Of a stretch of 64,000 nucleotides of DNA, positions 1 through 56,300 are shown in pieces (the stretch's first letter is position 1; every line of letters starts with the position of its first letter). Source of the DNA: Tubiluchus corallicola (lineage: Eukaryota > Animalia > Priapulida); contig JAQGDQ010000164.1 of assembly GCA_030141605.1 (NCBI GenBank), positions 372,001 through 436,000 on the forward strand, given 5' to 3'. The translations under genes and the position numbers were made by a program. The notes under the pieces were generated by a model, which was given only the letters and a program-made list of their open reading frames with translations, ran no database searches and was not told the origin of the DNA.

Positions 1-153
1 AACTCGCTAATCTGAACGTGCCATTAGACATGAATGTGCTCATGAAAAGTGATGCATTTTGTATCATGCGATATCTTCGAGAGTCACTTTCCTAGGAGCT
101 GTACGTTTTAATAATAGCTCGATTATAATTCTTCTTTTCCTTTATCGTTTAAG

Positions 154-288
154 GCGATCCTTGTGTCTGGCCATGATCTTGTTGATCTTTTGGCTGTACT
201 GAAAGCTACTGAGAAAACTGGTATCAATGTTTATACACACGGAGAGATGCTGCCAGCTCACGGATATCCCAAATTGCGCAAATATAAG
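154..288 (+). CDS. hcp: HCP exon: [45 protein letters not shown]
   Basis: tttaag| acceptor and |gtaaat donor; 135 nt; contains GHD and HGE cluster-ligand motifs; absent from the ORF track. Confidence 0.93.
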
Positions 289-3200
289 GTAAATTCATTA
301 AGGTTAGTCTAGGCTGATGTGGTCGCATGACCAAGATAGCAAAAGTTGTTGCCTTTTGTGATCTAGATATTGTAGTATGAAAATCTGTCATCACGGTATT
401 ATGTTAGACATGTTATGGATTGACGGTGCTGTTATAGAAATTTCATTGCTTCTTACTTGAGAATGTCATATTTGTTACATTGTTAGAATACAATTGTTTT
501 TTTTTATATATCATATTATTTTCAATAAAAGAAGCAAAAAACAAAATGGTTTATTCAAAAATTTGAATTGCATAGAATACAGTTTGTCTATACATTCAGA
601 GCGCTGAGTTCAAATTAGCTCAAGTTTTTGCAAATTCCATTCCTTGAGTTTAATTTGGCTAAAGAATTTGATGATTTGTCGCTAATCACTGCAATCTCTC
701 AGAATCTGGTGGGACATTTTGGAGGAGCTTGGATGCTGCAGAAATTTGAGTTTCCGAGATTTCCCGGTCCGATCGTCGTGACAACAAACTGCATCATTGA
801 ACCACATCACTCGTACAAGGACAGACTTTTCACCCTAAACGATGTCGGGTGGTCAGGTAATTTCATTAATTAAATTGTTCATGACAAATATTTATCTTAT
901 AAATTGTGATTACCATCCTTTACAAAATGTCGGAGCTGTTAACTTCTCTTCATAAACATTTGGACAACACCTGCACGAGTAACAACAGCAAAATGGAAAA
1001 AGTTGTGTACTGTAAAAGGTTCATTATCGTGACCTAAGAATTACACGCAAATTTTGTTGTTGTTTGCTGACATAATTTGTGTTAATGTTACATAACCTTG
1101 TTTTGTTACATATCCATATAAAATTGAAATTGTCACTTGATGAGAATTCCCCATTTGTTAAAGGCTGTAAACACTTGGATTTATCACGTGACGATCACAT
1201 GGCAGACCTGCTGTCCTCTGCTATGAGCTGCGAAGGCTATACTCGGGAGTTTTGTGATTCCTACAAAGACAGAGACGGGAAGTTGACTGTAGGATTTGGG
1301 CACGACTTCCTGCTTGCTAATGCCGGAAAGGTATGCATGTCTCAAAATGTTGTTGATTGTAGACACTGTTTTTAAAAAGGAAATTAGAAAATGAAGCATA
1401 TCACTACAGTATTTTTACAACTTTTTACCTTCATGAGTTTATGCAAAAAAGGTAAATATCCACCATTGTGAATGCCTGCAGTCAACTGGTCCAATTTCTG
1501 GTATTAAATTAGAGCGTGTTTTATAGATATTTGCTTATTTTGTGATTTTAATAAAGTTTGCTTTTAGAAATAATAGTGAAATGTGCTTCATATCATATCA
1601 CTATTGCTGGGTACTCACACCCACTTGTTGTTTTGTTTTAATCCCAAGTAATTATATTGGTGAATTAATATAATTTTGACTGTAATCTTACTCTTGAAGC
1701 AACAGGGACAGATTACATATTGTTTGTGCACACCCTTAAAGTAATTTTCGAGGAGGCCAAGCATTCAGGGTATTTTCATTTATGTTTTAAATCTCACATT
1801 TTGCTGTAACGGTTTGATCTGTAAAATAGATTATGTATTACACTTGCATCATTTTTTTGCTTTAATGTTCTAGTTTATTGTGTTTATTGTGACATGTCAT
1901 AATTGTCGAAAACACTACACAGTTACGGCACATTCAGACTATCAAGTTTCCTCTAGCGAATTCTCTCTGAGAGTAAACACGCAAGTGTGAACGGCTTTGC
2001 AAGAACTGTCTTGAGTTTTGCTGAGTGTAAACTCATGCTTACTGTTGGAGAGAATTTGCAGCAACTCTTGGGAAAGTTCGCAAAAACTTACCGGCAGAAC
2101 TTGCAAAACCGTTCACGCTTCTGAGTTTACTCTCAGAATTTACTCGTCTGTCAGAGTAAGATACCCAACTTGGAATCGATCCCACAACTTCTCAGATAGG
2201 AAGTAGTTACTTATAAATTATTTACACACTGTAACAGTTTTACTGTATATAATGTACACAGGTTACAGCACAAATGTTTGTTCTTAAACTAAAAAGAATA
2301 GCAAAGAATGACTTGGATGCTATGCTAACACTGACATGTAGCTCATGTTTTTTCACTTTGTATACATTTCAGGTAATAGATGCAGTAAAAAGTGGAGGAC
2401 TTAAAAGAATTTTTGTTGTGGGCGGATGCGATGGCTCAGAAAATCGTAGAAGTTATTACTCCACACTTGTAGAAAGTTTACCACAAGATACAGTCGTATT
2501 GACCTTGGGCTGTGCCAAGTACAGGTGAATTTTTACTTTACATATATTATATTGTATTATATTGTAACTGTGGGAAATGTTTTTCTAGTTTTTGTGTATA
2601 AGTGTATTGCGTTTTATTGCTTTGAGTAATGCAGTTACTTCATTGTTTCCGACTTCAATGATCTTAACCCACTTAAGACTTGTTCAAAGTTGTATTGTTA
2701 GTATAGGTCAGATCAGATTTCAGTTCAATGCTGTAATTTCTTGCTTATCAAATATCTGTTGCAACACTAGCATCACAGTAATAACTTCTATGAAAAGATG
2801 TTTGCTAATTTTGAACTATTTGCAGCCACCCATTGCTTATCTTACAAATGTTTTAGCTGCTGCTGTTTAATAAGAATTTAAAAGCACTGTATTTGATTGA
2901 TGGTGAAAGGCTGTCAGAATTGTATATGAAGCTTTGCAATCCTGGTAGCATAAAGTCATTGAGCATTCTCGTCAACATCATTTTGAGGAAAATGTGTTGC
3001 CGAGTAGCAAGGTGCTCTGATTGGTGACTAGTCAATCGTAGTTAAGAACTGTTGTTCCAAGGCTTCTTGGGTGAACTGCTTCAAAAAATACTCGTTGTTG
3101 GTGGTTTTAGTAGCCATACTGTTTCTTGCTGTTTGCCTCATAGAGTGTGTGTGTGTGTATTCACCTCCGAATGATGCTAAGATGGTCAGTGACATCATCT

Positions 3201-3758
3201 TACAGACACCTTGGCAAAGAGTCATGTTTCATGAAAATCCAGTTAAGTAGGACTGTGTTGTTGCACACCAGTTTCTAGCTTGCTGCATGTCAGGTCGTAT
3301 AAGGAAACACAACACAGTTGATTAAACTGCAAGCAGACGAAGATGTAGAGAAGTAATTGAAAAAGTTATTGTACAAATTGCTTTCATTCTACAGGTTTAA
3401 TTACAAAGACCTGGGCATGTTAGGTGAGTCAGGAATCCCTCGCTTGCTGGACATGGGACAATGTAATGATGCATATGGAGCTGTGGTCGTCGCTTCGGCT
3501 TTAGCTGATGCTTTCAACACCGATGTCAACTCTCTGCCTATATCCCTTGCTATTTCCTGGTTTGAACAGAAAGCTGTTGCTGTCCTGTTGACTCTGCTTC
3601 ATCTGGGAATCAAGAACATTCGACTGGGTCCCAAATTGCCGGCTTTCCTGACACCCAATGTGTTGAGAATTCTTGTAGACAAATACAACATTCAACCTAC
3701 AGATAATCTACATCCACTTGATGACATGAAGTTGATGATGGAGCAGAAAGTTGGGTAA
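154..3758 (+). CDS. hcp: Hybrid cluster protein (prismane / hydroxylamine reductase), 3' part; join(154..288,703..856,1164..1330,2373..2524,3395..3758); 5' exons lie left of the window
   Basis: Five GT-AG-bounded exons join in phase (0,1,0,2) with no stops. They translate to [110 protein letters not shown], the characteristic C-terminal half of HCP. Confidence 0.96.
703..856 (+). CDS. hcp: HCP exon: [10 protein letters not shown]...TTNCIIEP...VGWS
   Basis: ctcag| and |gtaatt; lies inside ORF 628..873. Confidence 0.93.
1164..1330 (+). CDS. hcp: HCP exon: GCKHLDL...[15 protein letters not shown]
   Basis: ttaaag| and |gtatgc; phase 1 in, phase 0 out; TVGFG motif. Confidence 0.9.
1967..2136. 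mobile_element. Palindromic MITE-like element in an HCP intron
   Basis: Imperfect 42-bp inverted arms at 1967-2008 (ctgagagtaaacacgcaagtgtgaacgg...) and 2095-2136 (...ccgttcacgcttctgagtttactctcag); outer boundaries unclear. Confidence 0.6.
2373..2524 (+). CDS. hcp: HCP exon: VIDAVKSG...VGGCDG...LGCAKYR
   Basis: tttcag| and |gtgaat; GGCDG persulfide-Cys motif. Confidence 0.95.
3395..3758 (+). CDS. hcp: HCP last coding exon: RFNYKDLG...GQCNDAY...SWFEQKA...MEQKVG*
   Basis: ctacag| acceptor; TAA at 3756-3758; AATAAA at 4103 and 4450 downstream. Confidence 0.96.
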
Positions 3759-6700
3759 CGTTTCTATGACGACTGCATTGTGCTTTGCATGTTATGTGCT
3801 TGTATATTAGTGCTGGACAGCATATTAAAAACTTAGAAATTGAACACAAATCAAATCATTACATTAGTTTTACCATTGATCAAATTAGTCTGCTCAGGTT
3901 TTAGTACATTTGAATTTGTTCTACTGTATCATCCTTGTTGTTATATTTACATGTTATGTAAATATTGGTTAATCATAATGGGCTACTGAATATGATGTTT
4001 CAACAAAGGTTTCATTGTTGTTAGCCCTGATTTCGTGGAATTTTAACAGTCTAGAAGAACTGCAGCTGAAAAATTGCAGGAAAAATTGTATCGCATTCCT
4101 GTAATAAACACTTTACATTAAGTTTTACATTAAGTTTTCTGCCTCGTATGCAGTAGAAAATTTTTTGCGTAGTGCTGAAGCGATACCATTCAACTTTCAG
4201 GCATTCACCTCACAACTGCTGAAAAAGTAACTTTAGAGTTTGCAAATTGAAGTATTTTTGGAAGAAGCAATGGACTTACTAGGTGAAAACGAGAGATCAG
4301 TTTATAAATTAGATTTGCTAGTAGTTGTAAATTTGTAGCTCGTTGTTGCAGCATTGAAATTTTCTGTTAACTGTTAATTTTATTTTCTTATCATCAATTG
4401 AATTTCAACTGCAAATTTTGGAATATTTGTAGAACTTGTAAATACCTGTAATAAAATAGTTACTTGATTTTAATTTGTCATAGGTTTCGTCATTTCACAC
4501 TGTTTATATGTAATCATCAATGGCTTCAGTAATTGCTGAAGCAAGAATTGTAAAATTTTGTAATTTTGCTTCAAATGATAATTTTGTGTCATTCTAGTGA
4601 AATCGTACATCTGTCCACGCCTGGCAGCGTTTGATTATTGAGATATCCTGGTCAGGTTCCTGCTGATCACATCAGGTGTGGTGTAGTAGTGTACGATCTG
4701 GATAGGGTGTGGCCTTAACGAATCTATGTTGCTGTGATTTAGGTTTTTTAGTCTGTTCCGCGTACTGACAGATGTTTTGGTGAGTATAATCTCTGTAGTC
4801 AGAATTTTAGAATGTGAGCTCAAGTTGTGTGTAAATACTTTTATATATACATGATTTTAGCACGTACTGCATAGGTGGCTCAGATGTATTGCTCTTATAG
4901 ATACATAGACATATGCCCTTTATGTATAAACTATTTGACAGCAGCCTTTTTGTAGTCCTCTATTATCATGGTTTTCTATTATATTGGTTTTGCTGGTGTT
5001 TACATTTGTGACTCATTGCACTTATGTAGTGAAACAATTTACTGCCTTTGTAAATAGTGGTCTTTATATCTCATGTCTCTAGACTTTTAATTTTTATTTC
5101 TTCTGAAGAGTTTTTTATACTGTTTCACACTTTGCAAGCTCTGACACTCATCGTTTATATTTTGGTGCCATTTGTACAGTGTTTGTTTTTTTACTTTTAA
5201 TTGCATTTTTCTTGGGAATAATATCTCATTTTGTTTTTTCTAAGTAGAAAGTGAACAGTAGCTGTTTGTGTATGAAAACTCATTATGTACTTACTTACGC
5301 ACATCATAGCAGTGAGAATAGATTGAAAATTGTTTGTAAATAGAAGATCATAATTGGTTATTGATTTATTGATGATCATTTTTATATTTGATTCACATGC
5401 TGTCCACGAATTGCAAAAAATAAGAAATCAAAATTACCATTGCCTTGAACACCTAATACACACGTTCCAGGTAAAACCATAATCTGCTCTATGCTGTATT
5501 GCCTATAATTTTTGCTGACAGTGAATGTTAACATATACTTGAGATGTCCTACACCATCACTGTAATCATCCTCACTGCATTTCCTGAAGGGAATTTTATC
5601 TGGTGGAGATGCAATATTTGAAAACGGTAGGTTTGACTCATGTGTAAAACATTACCAGTAGATCATTTTCTATTTTTATGCGTTATTATTTTGCTATACA
5701 TGTATGATGTTGTAATATTAGTGCAGATTCTAGTTATTGCTCTTAGCTATTTATCTAGTGATCTAATCTAATCTATAGGCCTAACTAAATTCACACCAAC
5801 AAGCAAATGCCTAATTGGCTTTTGACAATTAAATAACGTCATTATAAAACCATGTGCATTGTGTTTAGTGTATTTAACAGTACATCCACACACAACAACG
5901 CTTTGGATAATTGGACGTTGAAATTCTCGGTTATTGGTTCAAATAACAATATCACCGTGTTCAGAATTCAATACAGTTCTCTGTTGTAAATACGTAATTG
6001 TTTAGTAGTTTGACCAATGTAATTACATTCACATCTGCTACACAACAACTCATAAACTGCATTATTGCACTAGAAATGTTTATTCAACAACTTCCAACGA
6101 TCGTACGTTTTTTGAGTTCTTCCGTTATTATCGATGCTACAGTTAGGTTGGGCAAACAGTTAGACAGTTTTGTAGTCAAAGTACTCTACAAAATTTATTT
6201 GTTTGCACGTTTTCAGTGGTGAGGCAGCGTTGATTGTCACCACTTTCAACTTGGTTATGTCCAAAGATCATTCGAGTTAAATTATGTTGTTTCTCTGTTT
6301 GTTTAGTAGCTTTGTGTTAAACAAACGTGTTTTATAAAACTGATTGTATAGCTACAAATCTTCATTTTAATTTAATGAAATTTGTAGTCCATTACAATAA
6401 AGTTATTAAGGATTTGTAAATAGGCATATAATACTAATAAAATGTTAATGAATAATATTCCTACTAATAATAACTGCTGACGTTGTCTGAATGGAACAAA
6501 CTATTCATAATAAATGTTTAACACAAAATAAGTCAGACGAAACTTTCGCCTATTTAATTATGTTAAATTTAAAAACTTTATTATCTCATAAAAACATACA
6601 ATGTTACCGAAATCCCTGCAAACAAAAAAAGAACAAAGAAAAAAGACGAACTATTATCAATATTCTGCGCATATACGGCACATTGTAGTTTCATCGCTTA

Positions 6701-7601
6701 TTAGCACTAAAATATGCAAAGTAATTTAGAGCAAAACTACTACAGAGTTTTAAACATTTTGTCTGAACGCATTTCGCAAAAACGGCGCACACACTACATA
6801 CAGTGAAAATAAACTTCCTGCTATATATACATTACATATACTACAACTATAGTTATTAAAACAAAGTCAGCGTCAGTAAACAAACTCACCATTGAGATTC
6901 ATAATGCTGCCATCTATACAAGGATAACCAAACTAATAGAATAGTTACAGTAGTTAATCATTTCTGTAATCACACATAATTGTTTTAATGCAAAACGCTG
7001 CCGCACTAGTGACCAACGTACATTAATAAGGTAGTTGCATTTTGAATAAAGCAAATCTTAGTCTGATACGCCTGCACAAAACTCAAATATTGAACAATTT
7101 ACAGAATCTGTAGTCAGCTGAATATGACGACTGTAATGTCTCTCACAGTCAAATGAACAATATTAACATTTTTTTAAATGTATATCATTAAATTAAATAA
7201 CAACCTATGAACTAAAAACTATTACTTCTCTTGCAGCAACTGCACTACCTGTATACAAAAGTAAAGTCCTACAACAATGCAAGAGCAAGTGTAAGCAATG
7301 CAGACTTCTGTTATCTCCAAAACAGCAAGCGATTAGCTCTTATATATTTCATTTTTTTATATTGACTGAGGAACAAATACTATCACACAAATTACAAATC
7401 CACTGTGCAGTTAAAAGAATAAAATACAACCGTTTTTTATTATAGTTACATTGGAACAGAGCAGGCTATTAAGAAACAGGCATATGAAATAAAACTGTTG
7501 TCTTTAAATTACATTTTCTAGACAATATCAAGAAAGACAATATGATCAGCTTAATCAGAAGACAAGAAAGTGGATGATGATCACAAATTCAGAATGTAAT
7601 A

Positions 7602-7754
7602 CAGTAGACTACGCATAATTTGGCTCTGCGTAAATCGGAATATTGTTCATCTCAGACACACTCGGCGGAATGGATTTGTTTCTATATATCTGAATTCGCT
7701 TTATCGAGCAAGTCGGACAGTTTCGTTGGCCCCTAGCCATCCGAAAGTTTACTG
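7602..7754. mobile_element. Short Tc1/mariner-pogo-like MITE relic
   Basis: TA|CAGTAGACT ... AGTTTACTG|TA termini; interior more GC-rich than the flanks. Confidence 0.5.
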
Positions 7755-9540
7755 TACTCTCCCTATCTCATAGCGCTATGAACAATGAAACAAACAATGA
7801 AAGCTTATGCAGCTAGGCTAAAGCTATACATACTCGTCACACATCCAGCCTCCGCTTGGGTATTAGTTACTTACCTAAGTAAAATTTATAAACATGGCAA
7901 GTTCATCTATATTCCTAACACATAAAAATAATTAGTGGAAATAAACAATGAATAAAAAACCCTGCACTAGAATTACATATCCAGTATACACTAGTAACAG
8001 TTACTTAATAATATAATATATACATAATATAACACTTTGTTTAGCCAAGAACTGAGGAATTCGATGTAAATGTTAGCATTGCACGAAGTATTGTTCAACG
8101 CATTGCACATAATGCGAATAACATTATCCTTTCTTACAACACCACCGGTAAATGTCACAACAGCTAACTGTGGTTAATATATACAGGCTTGTTCTAAACT
8201 GTGTTATCATTAACATACAACAAAAAGTTCAAAAAATAGAGAAAATAAATTTACATGAAACACAAACGCATCTCGTATAAAAACAAAGCAAATGTTCAGT
8301 AAAAGGAATGTCTTTAATTGTTTCCGGGACAGTTAAGTAAGTGAACATGCTGCAGTTAAACAAGTGAACATGCTATCGTGAGTGAGACTGCATCACCATT
8401 ATGCTTTCTGACAAAACAACGTATCTGAAATCGACTCCACTATTGAAAGTTCACTAGCAGAAGACACTCTTTACAACAGAGCGAAACACACGTGGACCTC
8501 AGACACAGTACTTGCATCAGCTTATTCTAAGGGTATCAGCAAATGTGATGCATACATAACCTAACCTATTGGCTGGAACGAAGCTGGATCAATTCCAAAA
8601 CACTTTTGTACCATTTCTAACTTCCATATCGTTGCACATTTCTGCACTTTTACATAAATTGCACGATGCTCCATGCTGGTGTTACTAACCCAAAGAAATT
8701 TGGCAGTGTTAGAAAACTGATCAATCAGATCGAATCTGCAGCATCTCGTTTAAACAAATAATTATTTTTAGAAAGACTATGCTCACCAGGAAGCATTAAA
8801 AGAAAACAACTCGCTAGAAATCTGCGGTACTATTAGAGATTAACGTTTACATCTTCTACGCTAATGAATGCTTAAAAACAGGATAATGATTTAACAACAC
8901 AAATATATACATGTACAGCTTTATACCGTCAAGGCCACATGTCAACATCTGTTATTAGTTTTATCTACATTCACACATCGTTATTCTAAATGACCACAGA
9001 CATAGGCGAAGATCACATAACATGCAGAGATGAAAAGTTAGGGATGACCGAGGAAAATTAATTAAATAAACCCAACGTCGTAATAGTATTTTACCATTAC
9101 ACTTGTAATTATTATTATTATAAACGATAATAAACTTTACACATTTATGTTTCCAGACTAAGCAAATATCACCTTACATGCAATGAAAATGGATATAATG
9201 GACTAAGTGTTTAGAACTGTTTTTAAGAATTTTATAACATTGCTCACAAAGTGAATAAGCTATTAATCCAATAATAACACCTAAGTTATATAATTTTTTA
9301 AATTTCTATCGCGAATAAGAAATACTTAGATTCGAGAAGCTTATCATGTAAAGACATTTATATCGAATTACTGATAGCATGCACTATACGTCACAGTAAT
9401 AAAAGTTTTATTTTGAAACACTATGTAGGACTTAGCGTCCACGCAGTCTGACAGCAAAGAGAAACGCTTGCTCAATGGTCACACATCTGTCTAAGCCGGA
9501 AAAGTCTACCAATTTACCACAATTTGCAGTTCAGTTAGCC

Positions 9541-53384
<43,844 letters not shown>

Positions 53385-56300
53385 CTTGCTCTAATCGTGA
53401 GCTAATCCGCCCTAAAAAATTGAAACGAATTACTAAGATATTGTTTCATGCACTTTACGTATCAAAGTCAGGCAACTAAAGCTATCTAAAGGTAGCAAAT
53501 GAGAAACAGTCAACACGGGGTTTGAACTTGAACCACAGACTTCTGAATGACAAGCCCAACCAGGCACACAGTCACTTATGATCAAGCCAAGGCAGTCTTA
53601 ATTTAATTATAATAATTCATGAAACAAACCAATATTTCCAAGGGGCTACTGTTACTTCACTCATAATACTTGATACTAGAGTAGTTATATATAGATTAAA
53701 TAGATAAACCAAAGTACACCAATCATTAACTGAGAGTTTATTAATGAAGATTATAAAAGAGTTAATTAGCAAGTGCATTAAAATGAGTATAGAAAATCAG
53801 CTATCTTAATAAGCTATTAAGATTAAATGCTGGCCTGCCTTGACCACAAGGTTGTGTGTGGCCTAGTTGTTACAGAAGAAGGTTCCTTGCAATATGAGGC
53901 TTCTTGCTTCAAATCTAGACTATACTTTTTCACAATTTGTGTCCCTCTTGATCAACCTTAGTTTCAAAAATTTAACAATGATTAGGATTTCACGTTCAAT
54001 GAATAAACTAGAAATTAGAATTACAAGTGCTCCATTAACACTCAGAAAAATACCAGACACTAGCAGTAGGTCTTCACTGAAGTGGTGCATTAGCAAAGTT
54101 AAAGGTACAAAAATTAGGTACAGTCAACAACAAAATGTGAGACTAACTGCAGACCCATTTGCTCCATGAGATCTTTGATTCTGTACAAATAAAATGGACA
54201 CGGCAGCCCCAATGTCTCTTTTGTATAAGGACCAAGAGATTCAAGAGTAACCCATTGGTCTAACTGAAGGAAACTCAAGTAGAACCAAACCTTGTCCCCA
54301 GGTGTTCCAACCAACAATCTATTGGTCTTAATCAGATGGAATCCAATACCTACGAGGTGACAGTTCAACATCAGTCAAAACTTAGATAAATGCAAATTTA
54401 GAAATCACAAAACTGAACGCCAAATTCCACACCAAAAACTGCAAAGTTGATAATGATGTTTAGTAAATGTTTACACTGGTTATTCAGTGAAATTATACTA
54501 ATCTAATATTGACGCTGGACATTGATCTAATTCTAGTGGAGGAAGATGTAATTTAACCACACGGATCAATACCGGAGAGATCTATCTCGGCAAACACTCC
54601 AAACAGTAAGACATTTACTCCTGTTGACTTGTAAGACTAGTAGATTACTGCCGTCATTAGTCTGTATGCCAAACACTATTTCCGGGCTCGAGAGTCGCGT
54701 GTAGTTTGTACATAATCTAAATGCATGGAAATCCAGACTTATTATCAATTTCCAATTAGTCCTTTTAACATATGTGGCAGTAAGCATTGAATCGGTAAAA
54801 ATGAAGATGTTTAATTTGCAGAGAATGTCACTAAAATGGACGAAACATCATCAGACGATCATTGCAGAGAGGCGTGTATACAGCTGCAGCCAGAAAACCA
54901 TCAAACATAACACCACAGCAAACAAGGAGCACACCATTAGCCATGGTATCACTTGTTTCATCCATAAAACATGAATTGACATATGCATAATGCATGCGCT
55001 TGATTATTATCACTGCTGCTGCAGTGTCAGCCAACCATCTTGAGCTCCGCAATAAAATTAAGTGGATGGAATTGACTTTAAAATGTGCCGTAAAATAAAC
55101 GGCTGGCGTTCACGGAAACGCGGAACAGTGAAAAATTATTTTTAATAGGCACCTTAATAGAGCAATTTGCTGCAGCTGAAACTGAATAAAAGCTGCTGAA
55201 TAATAATGTGGCAATGTGGTAATCTAGTGTCTCATATCTTATTCTAATCTCTGACAAGTTTGACTGCCCGAGTTCAACTCCTCGGTTACCTATCTTAACT
55301 TAGTCGCTGTGATAAAACTGCAATGTGTACAGTAATGACGATATTAGAATCTCAAGACGTTTCAAAAATTTTAAGAACGTCAATTAACTTTCATGATATG
55401 TCAGCTTCCATTAAAATTAATAAGCCTGTTCCTTTGTTGCATTAATAAAACGCTGAATATTTAATTTTAACTTGTGGTGTCCATGATCAAGTTTCACTTT
55501 GCTCAACTTTATTTATTTTAGACAAACATGGCCTCCAGAGCTCTCACAATTAAAAATTTATTCAGGGACTGAAGTCAAGAATGTTTCAAATTTGCTAGTT
55601 TTCTGAATTTTGTTATAATTATTGTGATGAAGACTACACGCATAATATAATGAATGAATGATTATACGAATAAGTATCTGTTAGTATTGTACTTATGTAC
55701 ACTGTTCAGTAGTCATTGTTATAACAAAATAAATAATTGAATTTAACTGAATTGTAACCACTTATGGATATTTATAAAGTTTGATAATAACAGTTGAAAA
55801 TGGCATTATAAGGAATGAAAAATCGAGACAACTTCCAAATTCACAAAGCCTCTATAAAACCGTCAAAAATGACCAATTTACTACAGGCAATAATAGTGAG
55901 TGCATCACGAAATCGCTACAAGTGGACAATATATGTATCAAAGATCAAACACAAATACAAGAGCTGGCAGCAAGTTAACACTAGATAACAGTTATAGTTA
56001 TGTAAATCCAATCTTACAGAAATCACAGTAAAACTATCTAGTATAAAAGCTAGTATCTAGTATAGTATAGTAGTAAAAAGCAAGGGCTATCTTGATTATT
56101 ATAAAACGTTATTGTACAGAAAAACTTTCCTTTGTTTAATGTAAATTCCAATTATTCATGTAACTGTGCTCCGGTAACTATGTTTAATTTGGTTATCATG
56201 TCTTCTTTAGACAAATGATTACGCACATCAGAGCTGGAGGAGTTTGTCTCTTGCAGTTTTTGTATCTTTTAATCAAGACCCAAATCAATCAATCAATCAA

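Noticed and set aside
154-3758. Bacterial contaminant hcp
   Set aside because: The gene is split by canonical spliceosomal introns with consistent phases, and its composition matches the flanking DNA.
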